The position numbers were made by a program, and so were the translations under genes. From Candidatus Peribacteria bacterium RIFCSPHIGHO2_02_FULL_51_15 (GTDB taxonomy: Bacteria > Patescibacteriota > Gracilibacteria > Peribacterales > Peribacteraceae): DNA of 47,329 bases. The stretch's first letter is position 1. Every line of letters begins with the position of its first letter. The stretch covers positions 1-47,329 of the forward strand of contig MFXU01000004.1 of assembly GCA_001788965.1 (NCBI GenBank), written 5' to 3'. The notes beneath the pieces were generated by a model, which saw only the letters and a program-made list of their open reading frames with translations, was not told the DNA's origin and did no database searches. This document shows, one piece after another, positions 24,888 through 33,530 of this stretch.

Positions 24888-25541
24888 ATGATAGGAAAAC
24901 TAACACATACATCCATGTCCGCTCTGTCCCCCGCTTACGACAACAAGATAGTTCGAAAATATTCGGCGCGCACAATCGAGCATAAGGCGGAAAACAAAGC
25001 CGCTCTGGCGGAAGAGCTGGGGTGGATCTTTGAACCCAGGCAGCCGATCCTCTGCCTGCCTTGCGGGCTCACGGACGAACTCGGCGGTGAACTGTTCCAT
25101 CAGGTGCTTCCGGGGATTTTGGAACTGCCGGTCAATATTATCGTGCGCGGCCGCGGCTCAAAAAAATACGGCGAGCTATTCACTTCTCTCACAAAAAATA
25201 TGAAACACCGGGTGGCCATAATTCAGGACGATGAAATCCATCTCAGAAAGATGTTGGCCGGTTCGGATATGGCGATTTTCTTTTCCGATAAAGAGGAAGA
25301 GGAATTCGAAAACGCGCTGCGTTACGGCGTCGTACCGATTACTCCTCCGAGGGACACAGTGGAAAACTATAATCCGGTACAGGAAATCGGCAATTCATTC
25401 GTATACGAAAATCCCACACCCTGGCTATGCTTCGCCAGTCTGGTGCGGGCACTGGAAACATTCAAGTTTCCATACGACTGGCGCACGATTGAGCGGCATG
25501 CGATGGAATCGGTGGATCGACGGACGGTAATTCAGGTGTGA
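24888..25541 (+). CDS. glycogen-synthase-like (GT5) C-terminal half with a degenerate active-site region
   Basis: HKAENKAALAEELGW..., RYGVVPI.. and the ending align with the GlgA C-terminal Rossmann half. The SRFEPCGL block is replaced by SDKEEEEF. There is no N-terminal half. The stop TGA doubles as a MITE target duplication. Confidence 0.5.
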   Translation: MIGKLTHTSMSALSPAYDNKIVRKYSARTIEHKAENKAALAEELGWIFEPRQPILCLPCGLTDELGGELFHQVLPGILELPVNIIVRGRGSKKYGELFTSLTKNMKHRVAIIQDDEIHLRKMLAGSDMAIFFSDKEEEEFENALRYGVVPITPPRDTVENYNPVQEIGNSFVYENPTPWLCFASLVRALETFKFPYDWRTIERHAMESVDRRTVIQV

Positions 25542-25676
25542 TACCACTTCGCGTTTAAAACGTTCTTAATCAGACGCGCTGGCGGTATGGAGTTCTTGGC
25601 TTGAGTAAACGCTACGCGGTACGAGATGATGCCGTTACGAATGACCGATTAGTTATGTTTTAAATGCAAAATGGTA
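25542..25676 (+). mobile_element. 135-bp MITE, copy 2 (TSD TGA)
   Basis: Identical sequence. TGA at 25539-25541 and 25677-25679. Confidence 0.85.
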
Positions 25677-25747
25677 TGAAGCGGCGTTATTGATCAATTG
25701 GTCCGACTAGATTTGGTCATTCTTTAAGGAAACTCTGAAAAATTGCT

Positions 25748-25840
25748 AAATTGTTAAATGGCTAAATTGTTCGCAGGCGACACATGGATTTATTGTCAGC
25801 AATTTAACAATTTAGCAACTTAACAATTGCGTTAGGATAT
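25748..25840. repeat. L-family periodic-arm palindrome (L5)
   Basis: AAATTGCTAAATTGTTAAATGGCTAAATTGTTCGC ... GCAATTTAACAATTTAGCAACTTAACAATTGC. Confidence 0.8.
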
Positions 25841-25872
25841 CAATAACAGCCGCCAGTCAGAGTTTCCTGATT

Positions 25873-26037
25873 TTATCTGCTCAAATCGATTCCTAAATCT
25901 TCATCTTCTTCTTTTTCAGTGTCGGTTTCTTCATCATCGTACTCGAAATCGCCCTCGTCATCCGGTCCTTCAACGTCAACGACATCGTCGTCATCATCGT
26001 CGCCATATGCGCCGGAAAATACTGCGCAAAGCTCCAT
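25873..26037 (-). CDS. hypothetical very acidic small protein
   Basis: 54-aa ORF from an ATG: MELCAVFSGAYG followed by a D/E-rich tail. There is no supporting homology, and the longer track ORF runs into a repeat arm. Confidence 0.25.
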   Translation of the reverse strand: MELCAVFSGAYGDDDDDDVVDVEGPDDEGDFEYDDEETDTEKEEDEDLGIDLSR

Positions 26038-26202
26038 AAAATTAAGAGAAATAAGAGAAAAAAGGATTGCGCGCGAAGTATAACCGTAAGGTTCTCCCAG
26101 GCAAGTTGATTTAACACTTTTATTTATTGTGTCTACATGTGCTTTATGGCTTATTTTACTTACCTTACCTACCTTATTTTCCTTACCTGCCTGACCTTTT
26201 TT

Positions 26203-26943
26203 ATGTATATTTCCCCAGCATTGCATAAATCTTTCTTTTTAATCGGCTTGCTTCTTGGCTCGTTGATACTCTCCGCCTGCGGTTCCGGGTCTGATACTTC
26301 AAAACCTCCTGCTCCGGACAGCTCAACGGGTTCGGGCCAACTGGAAACCTTGGAAACTTTGACCGCTAAAGCGGAACAGGGCCTCCCGTCTGCACAGTTC
26401 GAGCTTGGGACACTTTATTACGACGGCCAGGGCGGACTCGAAAAAGATGTTAAACTTGCACGCAAGTGGCTGGAGAAAGCCGCTGCCCGGGGCGAACCGA
26501 GGGCGCAGTTCAATCTCGGAGTCATGTACTACACGGGAATCGGGGTGAAACAGGACTATGCCGAGGCAAAAAAACTTTTCGAGGAATCCGCTGCGTCCGG
26601 CAATACGAGGGCGCAGTTCAATCTCGGAGTCATGTACTACCGTGGCGAAGGCATAAAACAGGATTACACCCAGGCACTGCGATACTTCACTACAGCGGCT
26701 GTCCAAAATTTCAATGAAGCGCAATTCAACATCGGCGTCATGTACGCCAAAGCCGAGGGAGTCAGTCAGGACATCGGAAAAGCTTATGCCTGGTTTTCAC
26801 TGGCTCGGGACAATGGGAACCCGAGAGCGGATGAAGCTATGAAAAATATCGAGCGCGGACTCGGTCCCGCCGACCTGAAAACCGTCAAAAAAATGGCCAA
26901 GGAGCTGAAAAGAAACGCTTTGAGCGGGACGACGAAAGAATAA
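26203..26943 (+). CDS. Sel1-repeat lipoprotein
   Basis: Signal peptide with lipobox LILSAC. About five Sel1-type repeats (AQFNLGVMYY.G.G..QDY..A). Confidence 0.75.
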   Translation: MYISPALHKSFFLIGLLLGSLILSACGSGSDTSKPPAPDSSTGSGQLETLETLTAKAEQGLPSAQFELGTLYYDGQGGLEKDVKLARKWLEKAAARGEPRAQFNLGVMYYTGIGVKQDYAEAKKLFEESAASGNTRAQFNLGVMYYRGEGIKQDYTQALRYFTTAAVQNFNEAQFNIGVMYAKAEGVSQDIGKAYAWFSLARDNGNPRADEAMKNIERGLGPADLKTVKKMAKELKRNALSGTTKE

Positions 26944-26969
26944 TCCGCGAAGCCCCTCCGGACTTCGCC

Positions 26970-27008
26970 GCGGCCGCCATCTCTCCTTTTACGGCGGCCG
27001 CTTTCTCA
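26970..27008 (+). terminator. rho-independent terminator candidate
   Basis: GCGGCCGCC - 14-nt loop - GGCGGCCGC followed by TTTCTC. Confidence 0.5.
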
Positions 27009-27055
27009 AAAAAATCGTGCATTTCTATTGGCATATCCTTATGATGTCGCCACTC

Positions 27056-27132
27056 GGGTCAGTAGCTCAGCCTGGTAGAGCAGTTGCCTCTTAAGCAATT
27101 GGCCGTGGGTTCAAATCCCACCTGACCCACCA
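27056..27132 (+). tRNA. tRNA-Lys (anticodon CTT)
   Basis: GGGTCAGTAGCTCAGCCTGGTAGAGC, anticodon loop CTCTTAA, T-arm GTGGGTTCAAATCCCAC, encoded CCA. Confidence 0.9.
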
Positions 27133-27161
27133 TTGACTTATATAAGCCACTTAACTATATT
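27133..27161 (+). promoter_or_regulatory. sigma70-like promoter
   Basis: TTGACT (27133-27138), 17-nt spacer, TATATT (27156-27161), upstream of the ORF at 27217. Confidence 0.4.
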
Positions 27162-27216
27162 TTGACAAATGAATTATGTGATGGAATGATATTAACATTC
27201 TTCCCCATTTTTCCGT

Positions 27217-27492
27217 ATGTCAGAAGCAGCGAGCACGGTCGAAATTCCGACGGTTGATCTCGGAAGCACCTATGAGGCAAATCGAAAAGTTGAGGATCTC
27301 GGAAAACTGGAGGGTGTTCAATCCACACGCGTTGAAGACAATAGAGTAATCCTCACCGTGAGTTCTGATGCAGCTCAAGACGTTCATTATATTCTCCGCG
27401 CAGCTGGATTGAGGCCATGGAATAGTGCTCGTTGTTTCCAGAAACTCGATCCGAACAACTGTGATACCACTTCGCGTTTAAAACGTTCTTAA
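27217..27492 (+). CDS. hypothetical small protein whose C-terminus is encoded by a MITE
   Basis: 91-aa ORF. The last 10 codons (DTTSRLKRS*) lie inside MITE copy 3. The reconstructed pre-insertion end would be ..NNCER*. Confidence 0.4.
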   Translation: MSEAASTVEIPTVDLGSTYEANRKVEDLGKLEGVQSTRVEDNRVILTVSSDAAQDVHYILRAAGLRPWNSARCFQKLDPNNCDTTSRLKRS

Positions 27493-27599
27493 TCAGACGC
27501 GCTGGCGGTATGGAGTTCTTGGCTTGAGTAAACGCTACGCGGTACGAGATGATGCCGTTACGAATGACCGATTAGTTATGTTTTAAATGCAAAATGGTA
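27465..27599 (+). mobile_element. 135-bp MITE, copy 3 (TSD TGA)
   Basis: Identical sequence. TGA at 27462-27464 and 27600-27602. Confidence 0.85.
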
Positions 27600-27678
27600 T
27601 GAGAGATAGTTGAGATATGTTCGAGGTATGGAACGAGGGAGTTCCAATTCAGTCTAATCTCGTCCACCAGAATTAAGT

Positions 27679-28242
27679 TCATTTCAGAACCTTGATAAAC
27701 CTGAGTGTTTTTCCTTTTTTACCGGTCGCATCTTTTACAATCTCGGCTTCACAAAGTCCTCTTATCAAAAGGAGGCCCCTGCCATGAGGTATTTCGATAT
27801 TTTTTTCGTCAGTGGGATCAGGTACCCGCTCCAGATCAAAATCGGGACCTTCGTCCCATATCTCAAATACGAGCCGGAGAGATCTTGAAAGAGCGTCGGC
27901 CGTTTCCTCGATCCTGATTTTCACTTTAACTTTCAATTCCGGATCATATTTCGTCCCCCATCTCAAAGCATTGGCCAGAGCCTCCTCTGCCAGCATTCTT
28001 CTTTTAAATAAAATCTCATTGTCATCGGTCGGCATTATTTCCCCCAAAAAGCCCAGGAAATCATCCCGTACCTCAGCCAAACGCCTGACCAATACGGGAT
28101 GTCTGCCGTCCGCAGCTTCATCACATGGATCAGAAAATATTGATTTTTCTGGTTCTACCGGACCGTAACCCCTCCTCAAGTCCAACGGGACACTGATTTC
28201 CCAATCTCTTTCCGCGATAACTTTGCAACCATTGTCGTCCAT
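27679..28242 (-). CDS. GHKL-type ATPase, anti-sigma-factor kinase-like (RsbW/SpoIIAB-like)
   Basis: 187 aa. N-box-like EEALANALRWG and G-box-like WDEGPDFD...HGRGLLLIRGL. Confidence 0.5.
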   Translation of the reverse strand: MDDNGCKVIAERDWEISVPLDLRRGYGPVEPEKSIFSDPCDEAADGRHPVLVRRLAEVRDDFLGFLGEIMPTDDNEILFKRRMLAEEALANALRWGTKYDPELKVKVKIRIEETADALSRSLRLVFEIWDEGPDFDLERVPDPTDEKNIEIPHGRGLLLIRGLCEAEIVKDATGKKGKTLRFIKVLK

Positions 28243-28339
28243 AATTCTATTATATAATAATTACTCTTATTATCAATGTCTGATACCAGCCAATTCCTGA
28301 GTAATTACCTTTCAAAATAATACTACTGTAAACGTTTTT

Positions 28340-29206
28340 TTAAAAAATTTTTTTCGCCTTCAATCTCCCCGAATCCCTGTAATCCTTCTCCATCGCCGCA
28401 ACCGGCAAGCCATCGTACCAGGCGATCAAGGGCGACTGATCAATTTCACCGGTGATCGATCGGCCGAATCGTATTTCATCAAATTGATCCGGCATCAGAT
28501 CGATCCTCGGAAAATTTTTCAAAATTTCCTTGAGCGGAATTACGTCCGTCCAATTGAGATCCTCGGGTTTTATTGATTTTTTCAAATCCCAATTCCCCAC
28601 TTTCGTCCGTGTCAGTGCATCGAGATACCCGCCGCACCTCATGCATTCACCCAGATCATGTGCCAATGAACGGATATATGTGCCGGAATCGCAGTGGACC
28701 CATAAAACAAGTTTTGGATACGCATACTCCTTCACTTTGCATTCGATGATCGTTATCTCGCGGCTTTTTAGCTCCACTTTTTCGCCGCGCATCGCTTTCC
28801 GGTAAGCGCGTGTGCCGCCGACATGCACCGCCGAATAAGCCGGCGGAATCTGCGAAATTTTGCCAAGAAAACGGTCGTCGATCAGCGCCTGAATCCGCGA
28901 GGCATCCTCCGGAGGCAGCCATCCGGCTTTCGGTTTATTCATCGAAATCGAACCTTCGGCATCATAAGTCGTGCTCACCGCTCCGAGCGTGACGGTCGCC
29001 AGATATTCCTTGGTAAGCCCCTTGAAGAGCTCTATGACTTTCAGCGCTTTGGCTCCAACCGCAAGAACCAAAAGCCCTTCGGCCATCGGATCCAGGGTGC
29101 CTAAATGCCCGACTTTTGCCTCATTTAACAAGCGCCGAACGCGGTCCACCATGTCGTGGCTTGTCGGCCCGCGCGGCTTGTGAAGTAAAATAAAACCGTG
29201 GCGCAT
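28340..29206 (-). CDS. truB: tRNA pseudouridine(55) synthase
   Basis: GHLGTLDPMAEGLLVL catalytic motif. 288 aa. Confidence 0.9.
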   Translation of the reverse strand: MRHGFILLHKPRGPTSHDMVDRVRRLLNEAKVGHLGTLDPMAEGLLVLAVGAKALKVIELFKGLTKEYLATVTLGAVSTTYDAEGSISMNKPKAGWLPPEDASRIQALIDDRFLGKISQIPPAYSAVHVGGTRAYRKAMRGEKVELKSREITIIECKVKEYAYPKLVLWVHCDSGTYIRSLAHDLGECMRCGGYLDALTRTKVGNWDLKKSIKPEDLNWTDVIPLKEILKNFPRIDLMPDQFDEIRFGRSITGEIDQSPLIAWYDGLPVAAMEKDYRDSGRLKAKKIF

Positions 29207-29260
29207 TGTAGGAAGGATAACTTAAAACCAAAGTGTATATCTGCCATAAGATAAAACGGC

Positions 29261-29342
29261 GAAATTGTTAAATTGTTAAATTGCTGATGCTGCCTTATCT
29301 GCCTGGAATAACAATTTGGCAATTTAGCAATTTAGCAATTTG
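29261..29342. repeat. L-family periodic-arm palindrome (L6, short core)
   Basis: GAAATTGTTAAATTGTTAAATTGCTG ... AACAATTTGGCAATTTAGCAATTTAGCAATTTG. Confidence 0.8.
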
Positions 29343-29368
29343 ATCTCTAACCGCTAGAGACTAGGCTC

Positions 29369-29935
29369 GTGGTTATGGTGAACCTTACCCTGAGCTGGGA
29401 TCTCTTCATTGTCGTTTTTTTCGCGATCATCGTGTCCTACAGCTTCATCATCGGCCAGCATCAGTCGATGAAAGTCATCATTGCTTCCTATATAGGTATC
29501 ATCGCGACACAGGGAATAGGAAATGTTTTGGCCCGGCTTATGGGCGGCGATTCACAGGCGATCTTGGCCTCGGTCGGAATTCCCTTCGATATGACCTTGA
29601 TATCGCTGGCTAAAATTTTTCTCTTCGCGGTTTGTATCATCATTTTCGTAATCCGGAGCGGCATCGAAGTGACTTTTGACAAAGAAGCCGGGAAGATATT
29701 GAGCATCGTCTATACCGGGCTTTTCGGTTTCGCGACCGCCGGACTGATCGTTTCGACCATCCTGACATACGCCTCCGGCGCAGGAATACTCGACAGCAGC
29801 ATTATCGCCAGCTCGACCCTGACTACCATGGCAAAAGGCAGCCGGCTGATGCAGCTGATGATTTTAAATCAGGATATATGGTTCACGCTCCCGGCGTTCC
29901 TGATCATCGCTACAGGATTAGTTCATAATGATTAA
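29369..29935 (+). CDS. polytopic membrane protein, function unknown
   Basis: 188-aa hydrophobic ORF with about five TM helices. GTG start, or ATG at 29375. Confidence 0.5.
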   Translation: MVMVNLTLSWDLFIVVFFAIIVSYSFIIGQHQSMKVIIASYIGIIATQGIGNVLARLMGGDSQAILASVGIPFDMTLISLAKIFLFAVCIIIFVIRSGIEVTFDKEAGKILSIVYTGLFGFATAGLIVSTILTYASGAGILDSSIIASSTLTTMAKGSRLMQLMILNQDIWFTLPAFLIIATGLVHND

Positions 29936-30012
29936 CTTCCATAGTCAAATCCGTTAAACTTGCGCAATGAAAATATAAAGTCGATAATTTCACTAATTCC
30001 CTCCCCTCTTTC

Positions 30013-30342
30013 ATGAAAAAATTTATATCGAGATTTTCCGGAGTCGCCCCGGTGTTTTTCCCAAAGGCCTTGGCGGCTCTGAATACACCGACAACTCCAA
30101 ACGGACTGGCTTCATCGACCGATCTTGTGGGTACCATAACTACAATAATAACCAAAGTTCTGGACTTTGTTCTGATTCTGGCGATTGCCTTCGTAGTTTA
30201 CGCCGGTATCCGCCTGATAATCTCCGGAGGGGACGACGCCGCCAAAGAAACGGCTAAGAAGACGATTATTTACGTAATAGTCGGCATCATCGTGATCCTG
30301 CTGGCACGGGTCATCGTGGTCTTCGTGAACAACTGGTTCTAA
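30013..30342 (+). CDS. TrbC/VirB2-like pilin-type small membrane protein
   Basis: 109 aa. Signal-like N-terminus followed by two TM helices separated by SGGDDAAKETAKK. This layout resembles type IV secretion pilins. Confidence 0.45.
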   Translation: MKKFISRFSGVAPVFFPKALAALNTPTTPNGLASSTDLVGTITTIITKVLDFVLILAIAFVVYAGIRLIISGGDDAAKETAKKTIIYVIVGIIVILLARVIVVFVNNWF

Positions 30343-30461
30343 AAGAGAGGTCATTGAAGTGACTAAGGTGACCGATTCAACCGGAAATTTGGAGAGGTTT
30401 TTGGTTACTGGTTTATGGTTTTTGTTTCAGCTGCCACTCTTTACTCGAACAACTGTATGTG

Positions 30462-30787
30462 CTCAGAAATTGGCTGATATCAGGTAGTGTTCACATATAA
30501 CTGCAAACAAAAAATCGCTTCACCTTTGACTCCGCAGCCACGGAGGGCTGCTGCTGTTTTAAAAAAAATCTTTTTCCACTCAGCAGCGCCCCTCCGCGGG
30601 CGCGGCAACTGCTCGTTGCCTTCGAGTAGTCATACCATTTTGCATTTAAAACATAACTAATCGGTCATTCGTAACGGCATCATCTCGTACCGCGTAGCGT
30701 TTACTCAAGCCAAGAACTCCATACCGCCAGCGCGTCTGATTAAGAACGTTTTAAACGCGAAGTGGTATCATTCAGCCAATTCGTGAG
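30462..30787 (-). mobile_element. about 188-bp TIR element (contains B-family hairpin B2), interrupted by MITE copy 4
   Basis: TIR CTCAGAAATTGGCTGA (30462-30477) pairs with TCAGCCAATTCGTGAG (30772-30787). The body is about 98% identical to the reverse complement of 47174-47329. Confidence 0.7.
30633..30767 (-). mobile_element. 135-bp MITE, copy 4 (TSD TCA, i.e. TGA)
   Basis: Reverse-complement copy. TCA at 30630-30632 and 30768-70. The uninterrupted homologous site lies at 47190-47193. Confidence 0.9.
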
Positions 30788-30870
30788 TTCCTTCGAACAA
30801 CTTCATAACCAAAAACTAGAAACTTTTCAGTACCTCGGTCGCGTCGGTCCCCTCGGTTCCTTCGGTCACC

Positions 30871-31425
30871 TCAGTTTTGTGCCGCCGGCATGACCTCCGG
30901 TATCACGATTCCGGTTTCGCTTTTGGCTTCTTTTTCCTCCTGCAAAGGCGCAAAAGGATCTTTCACCCATATCGCACTGCCCGTCACTTCGACTATGTCG
31001 GTCGCAGGCATTGGCTGGCGCTGAACGAAGTATTTCCGCGGAAACAGCCACTCGATGCAAAAATGACGGGTGTCAAACTGCACATCGGCACAGATTCCCA
31101 GACTTTTTTTCGAGCCTTTTATCCGTATTCGCTGACCCAATATTTTCCGGTTGTCGCGTATCAACGGCTGCAAACGAATCAATTCTTCGGGCGGAGCCAG
31201 CCTGTCGCGCGTCTTGATGTGAACTCCAGAACCCCAACCGATGATATCCACGGCCGGTAAAAAAAGTTCTCTGGCATCCGAAAGCGCAATCGAAGGGATG
31301 ACAAAAAAACCCTCGATGCGTCCGGTGTCGGGTTGTATTAGCGGATGCATCAGGTGTCCGACTGTTTCCAGTGTCTCATCATCGATGATCGGCAGGCCGG
31401 TGACCGACGATGAACGCACGTGCAT
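30871..31425 (-). CDS. PRC-barrel-like domain protein
   Basis: About 184 aa. Two repeats of a PRC-barrel-like pattern (GLPIIDDETLETVGHL.., LGQRIRIKGSKKSLGICADVQFD). Weak call. Confidence 0.35.
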   Translation of the reverse strand: MHVRSSSVTGLPIIDDETLETVGHLMHPLIQPDTGRIEGFFVIPSIALSDARELFLPAVDIIGWGSGVHIKTRDRLAPPEELIRLQPLIRDNRKILGQRIRIKGSKKSLGICADVQFDTRHFCIEWLFPRKYFVQRQPMPATDIVEVTGSAIWVKDPFAPLQEEKEAKSETGIVIPEVMPAAQN

Positions 31426-31477
31426 TACCAAGATTATAAAGGAACCTCTGATTAATGTCTTTTACAACTAGTTTGAA

Positions 31478-31651
31478 CCAAATTGTTAAATTGTTATATT
31501 GCTAAATTGTTCGCCCATTCGATTAGCTCAGGGCGACCTTATCGACACACAAACATGAGTGTCATCATGGGCGACCTGAGCTTGTCGAAGGTCGCAAGCG
31601 AAAACCACGTTTCTTGAATGCTTAACAATTTCGCAATTTAGCAATTTAACA
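31478..31651. repeat. L-family periodic-arm palindrome (L7)
   Basis: CCAAATTGTTAAATTGTTATATTGCTAAATTGTTCGC ... GCTTAACAATTTCGCAATTTAGCAATTTAAC. The core has GCAAGCGAAAAC plus a GCTCAGGGCGACC unit. Confidence 0.8.
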
Positions 31652-31704
31652 TCCGACAAAAAAACTATATGCCTACACCTGTCTTCTTTGCTAAACTTGC
31701 ATCC

Positions 31705-32634
31705 ATGCATCTCTTCTCCGGTTCGTCGCACCCCGCCCTGGCTGAAGCCCTGGCCAAAGAATTGAAAACCGATCTCGGAAAAATACTTTTGAAAGCGTTC
31801 AATTGCGGAGAACGGTACGTGAAGTTTCTGGAATCGATACGCGGAAAAGAGGTCTATCTGATTCAAACCGGAACAAAAAACCCAAACGTCGATCTGATGG
31901 AGCTTTTTTTGATGTGCCAGGCGGCGAAGCTCAGTTTCGCAAGCTCAGTCCATGTCGTCCTGCCGCATTTCCCGTATTCCCGCCAGGACCGGGTCGCCGA
32001 TCCGCGCGAGCCGATTTCCGCCAAACTTATTGCCCATCTTTTGGAAGCTTCCGGCGCGGACCACGTGATCACGCTTGACCTTCATTCCCCCCAGATCCAG
32101 GGTTTTTTCTCGGTTCCGGTGGATTCTCTCGACAGCCGGCAGATATTCGCCGAATACATAAAGAAAAAAAAGATCAAAGACCCGGTGGTCGTGGCCCCCG
32201 ACGTCGGCGGATCCAAGCGTGCGAAACGGCTTGCCGACTTGCTCGAAGCCGATCTGGCGATAATGCACAAACATCGCGCCGCTCACCATCAATCCGAAAT
32301 ACTGGAAGTCGTCGGCGAGATAAAAGGCCGCAGCTGCATAATTTTCGATGACCTGATCGACACCGCCGGCACGCTTTCCGCTGCCAAGGAAGCATTGATC
32401 AAGCGCGGCGCCCTGAAGGATGTCTACGCCGCGGCCACTCACGCCGTCTTCTCCGGCAAAGCCATCGAAAACCTGTCGAAGGCCGGATTCAACGAAGTCA
32501 TCGTCACCGACTCGATCCCAGTCAATCCGAAAGCCTTCACCGGCCTCACCGTCCTCCCCATCGCCCCCCTGCTGGCCGAAGTTATCCGGCATATCGAACG
32601 GGGTGAGAGTGTGACAGAGATTTATCTGCATTAA
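31705..32634 (+). CDS. prs: ribose-phosphate pyrophosphokinase
   Basis: MHLFSGSSHPALA.. start. Motifs PYSRQDR, DLHSPQIQGFF and IIFDDLIDTAGTL. Confidence 0.9.
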   Translation: MHLFSGSSHPALAEALAKELKTDLGKILLKAFNCGERYVKFLESIRGKEVYLIQTGTKNPNVDLMELFLMCQAAKLSFASSVHVVLPHFPYSRQDRVADPREPISAKLIAHLLEASGADHVITLDLHSPQIQGFFSVPVDSLDSRQIFAEYIKKKKIKDPVVVAPDVGGSKRAKRLADLLEADLAIMHKHRAAHHQSEILEVVGEIKGRSCIIFDDLIDTAGTLSAAKEALIKRGALKDVYAAATHAVFSGKAIENLSKAGFNEVIVTDSIPVNPKAFTGLTVLPIAPLLAEVIRHIERGESVTEIYLH

Positions 32635-32743
32635 TTCATGAGAGACAAACCTGCGGTTTTTCTCTCATGTGCTCTCTTTTCCTTTAAGCGGAGCGGCTCC
32701 AGCGCGGGAACCCGCGCCCTTCGACAGGCTCAGGGCGATCTGA

Positions 32744-32878
32744 TACCACTTCGCGTTTAAAACGTTCTTAATCAGACGCGCTGGCGGTATGGAGTTCTTG
32801 GCTTGAGTAAACGCTACGCGGTACGAGATGATGCCGTTACGAATGACCGATTAGTTATGTTTTAAATGCAAAATGGTA
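32744..32878 (+). mobile_element. 135-bp MITE, copy 5 (TSD TGA), inserted inside a GCTCAGGGCGA-CTGAGCTTGTCGA palindromic unit
   Basis: Identical sequence. TGA at 32741-32743 and 32879-32881. The flanks reconstitute the unit seen intact at 31569-31590. Confidence 0.85.
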
Positions 32879-33054
32879 TGAGCTTGTCGACGACCGAGAC
32901 CCGCGCTTCGCCGCAGCTTTTTTTATTTTGGTTGTTCAAGTAAATCAATATTCAGCAGCGGCCTTTCAGGCCGCGGTGATACAAGAATGAATTTCTTAAT
33001 TCTAAATCGGGGATTGGCTCTCGCGAACACCACCTGTTAAAATAATTTTGGTGT

Positions 33055-33131
33055 GGGCGATTAGCTCAGTTGGTTAGAGCGCGACACTGATAATGTCGAG
33101 GTCGGCTGTTCAAGTCAGCCATCGCCCACCA
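33055..33131 (+). tRNA. tRNA-Ile (anticodon GAT)
   Basis: GGGCGATTAGCTCAGTTGGTTAGAGC, anticodon loop CTGATAA, T-arm GCTGTTCAAGTCAGC, encoded CCA. Not adjacent to any rRNA. Confidence 0.9.
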
Positions 33132-33157
33132 AATTTCCCGTCAAGACATTTTAAATC

Positions 33158-33188
33158 CCGGGTGCGTCCTGCACCCGGAGCTTTTCTT
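33158..33188 (+). terminator. rho-independent terminator after tRNA-Ile
   Basis: CCGGGTGC - GTCCT - GCACCCGG followed by AGCTTTTCTT. Confidence 0.6.
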
Positions 33189-33395
33189 AACAGCAACAAG
33201 TAATAGTAGACCGCCGTGACGGCGATCCAGCTTAAGTAATTCGCGAGTTCCGACACTACCAAAGCCTTTCGGTTTCGGTCTCAGCCGGCCTCTCGATTGC
33301 TCCGAAGACGATCTGTCTCAGAAAACACAAATCGCCGAACCCCACTTTCATATTCTTCATCGCCTTTCCCCTTCTACTTTTAAACGTTGCCGTTA

Positions 33396-33530
33396 TACCA
33401 CTTCGCGTTTAAAACGTTCTTAATCAGACGCGCTGGCGGTATGGAGTTCTTGGCTTGAGTAAACGCTACGCGGTACGAGATGATGCCGTTACGAATGACC
33501 GATTAGTTATGTTTTAAATGCAAAATGGTA
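33396..33530 (+). mobile_element. 135-bp MITE, copy 6 (TSD TTA)
   Basis: Identical sequence. TTA at 33393-33395 and 33531-33533. Confidence 0.85.

Noticed and set aside
25873-26226. The 117-aa minus-strand ORF taken as a whole.
   Set aside because: Its N-terminal half is the translation of a K-type repeat arm. Only the acidic C-terminal 54 codons from an internal ATG are kept, at low confidence.
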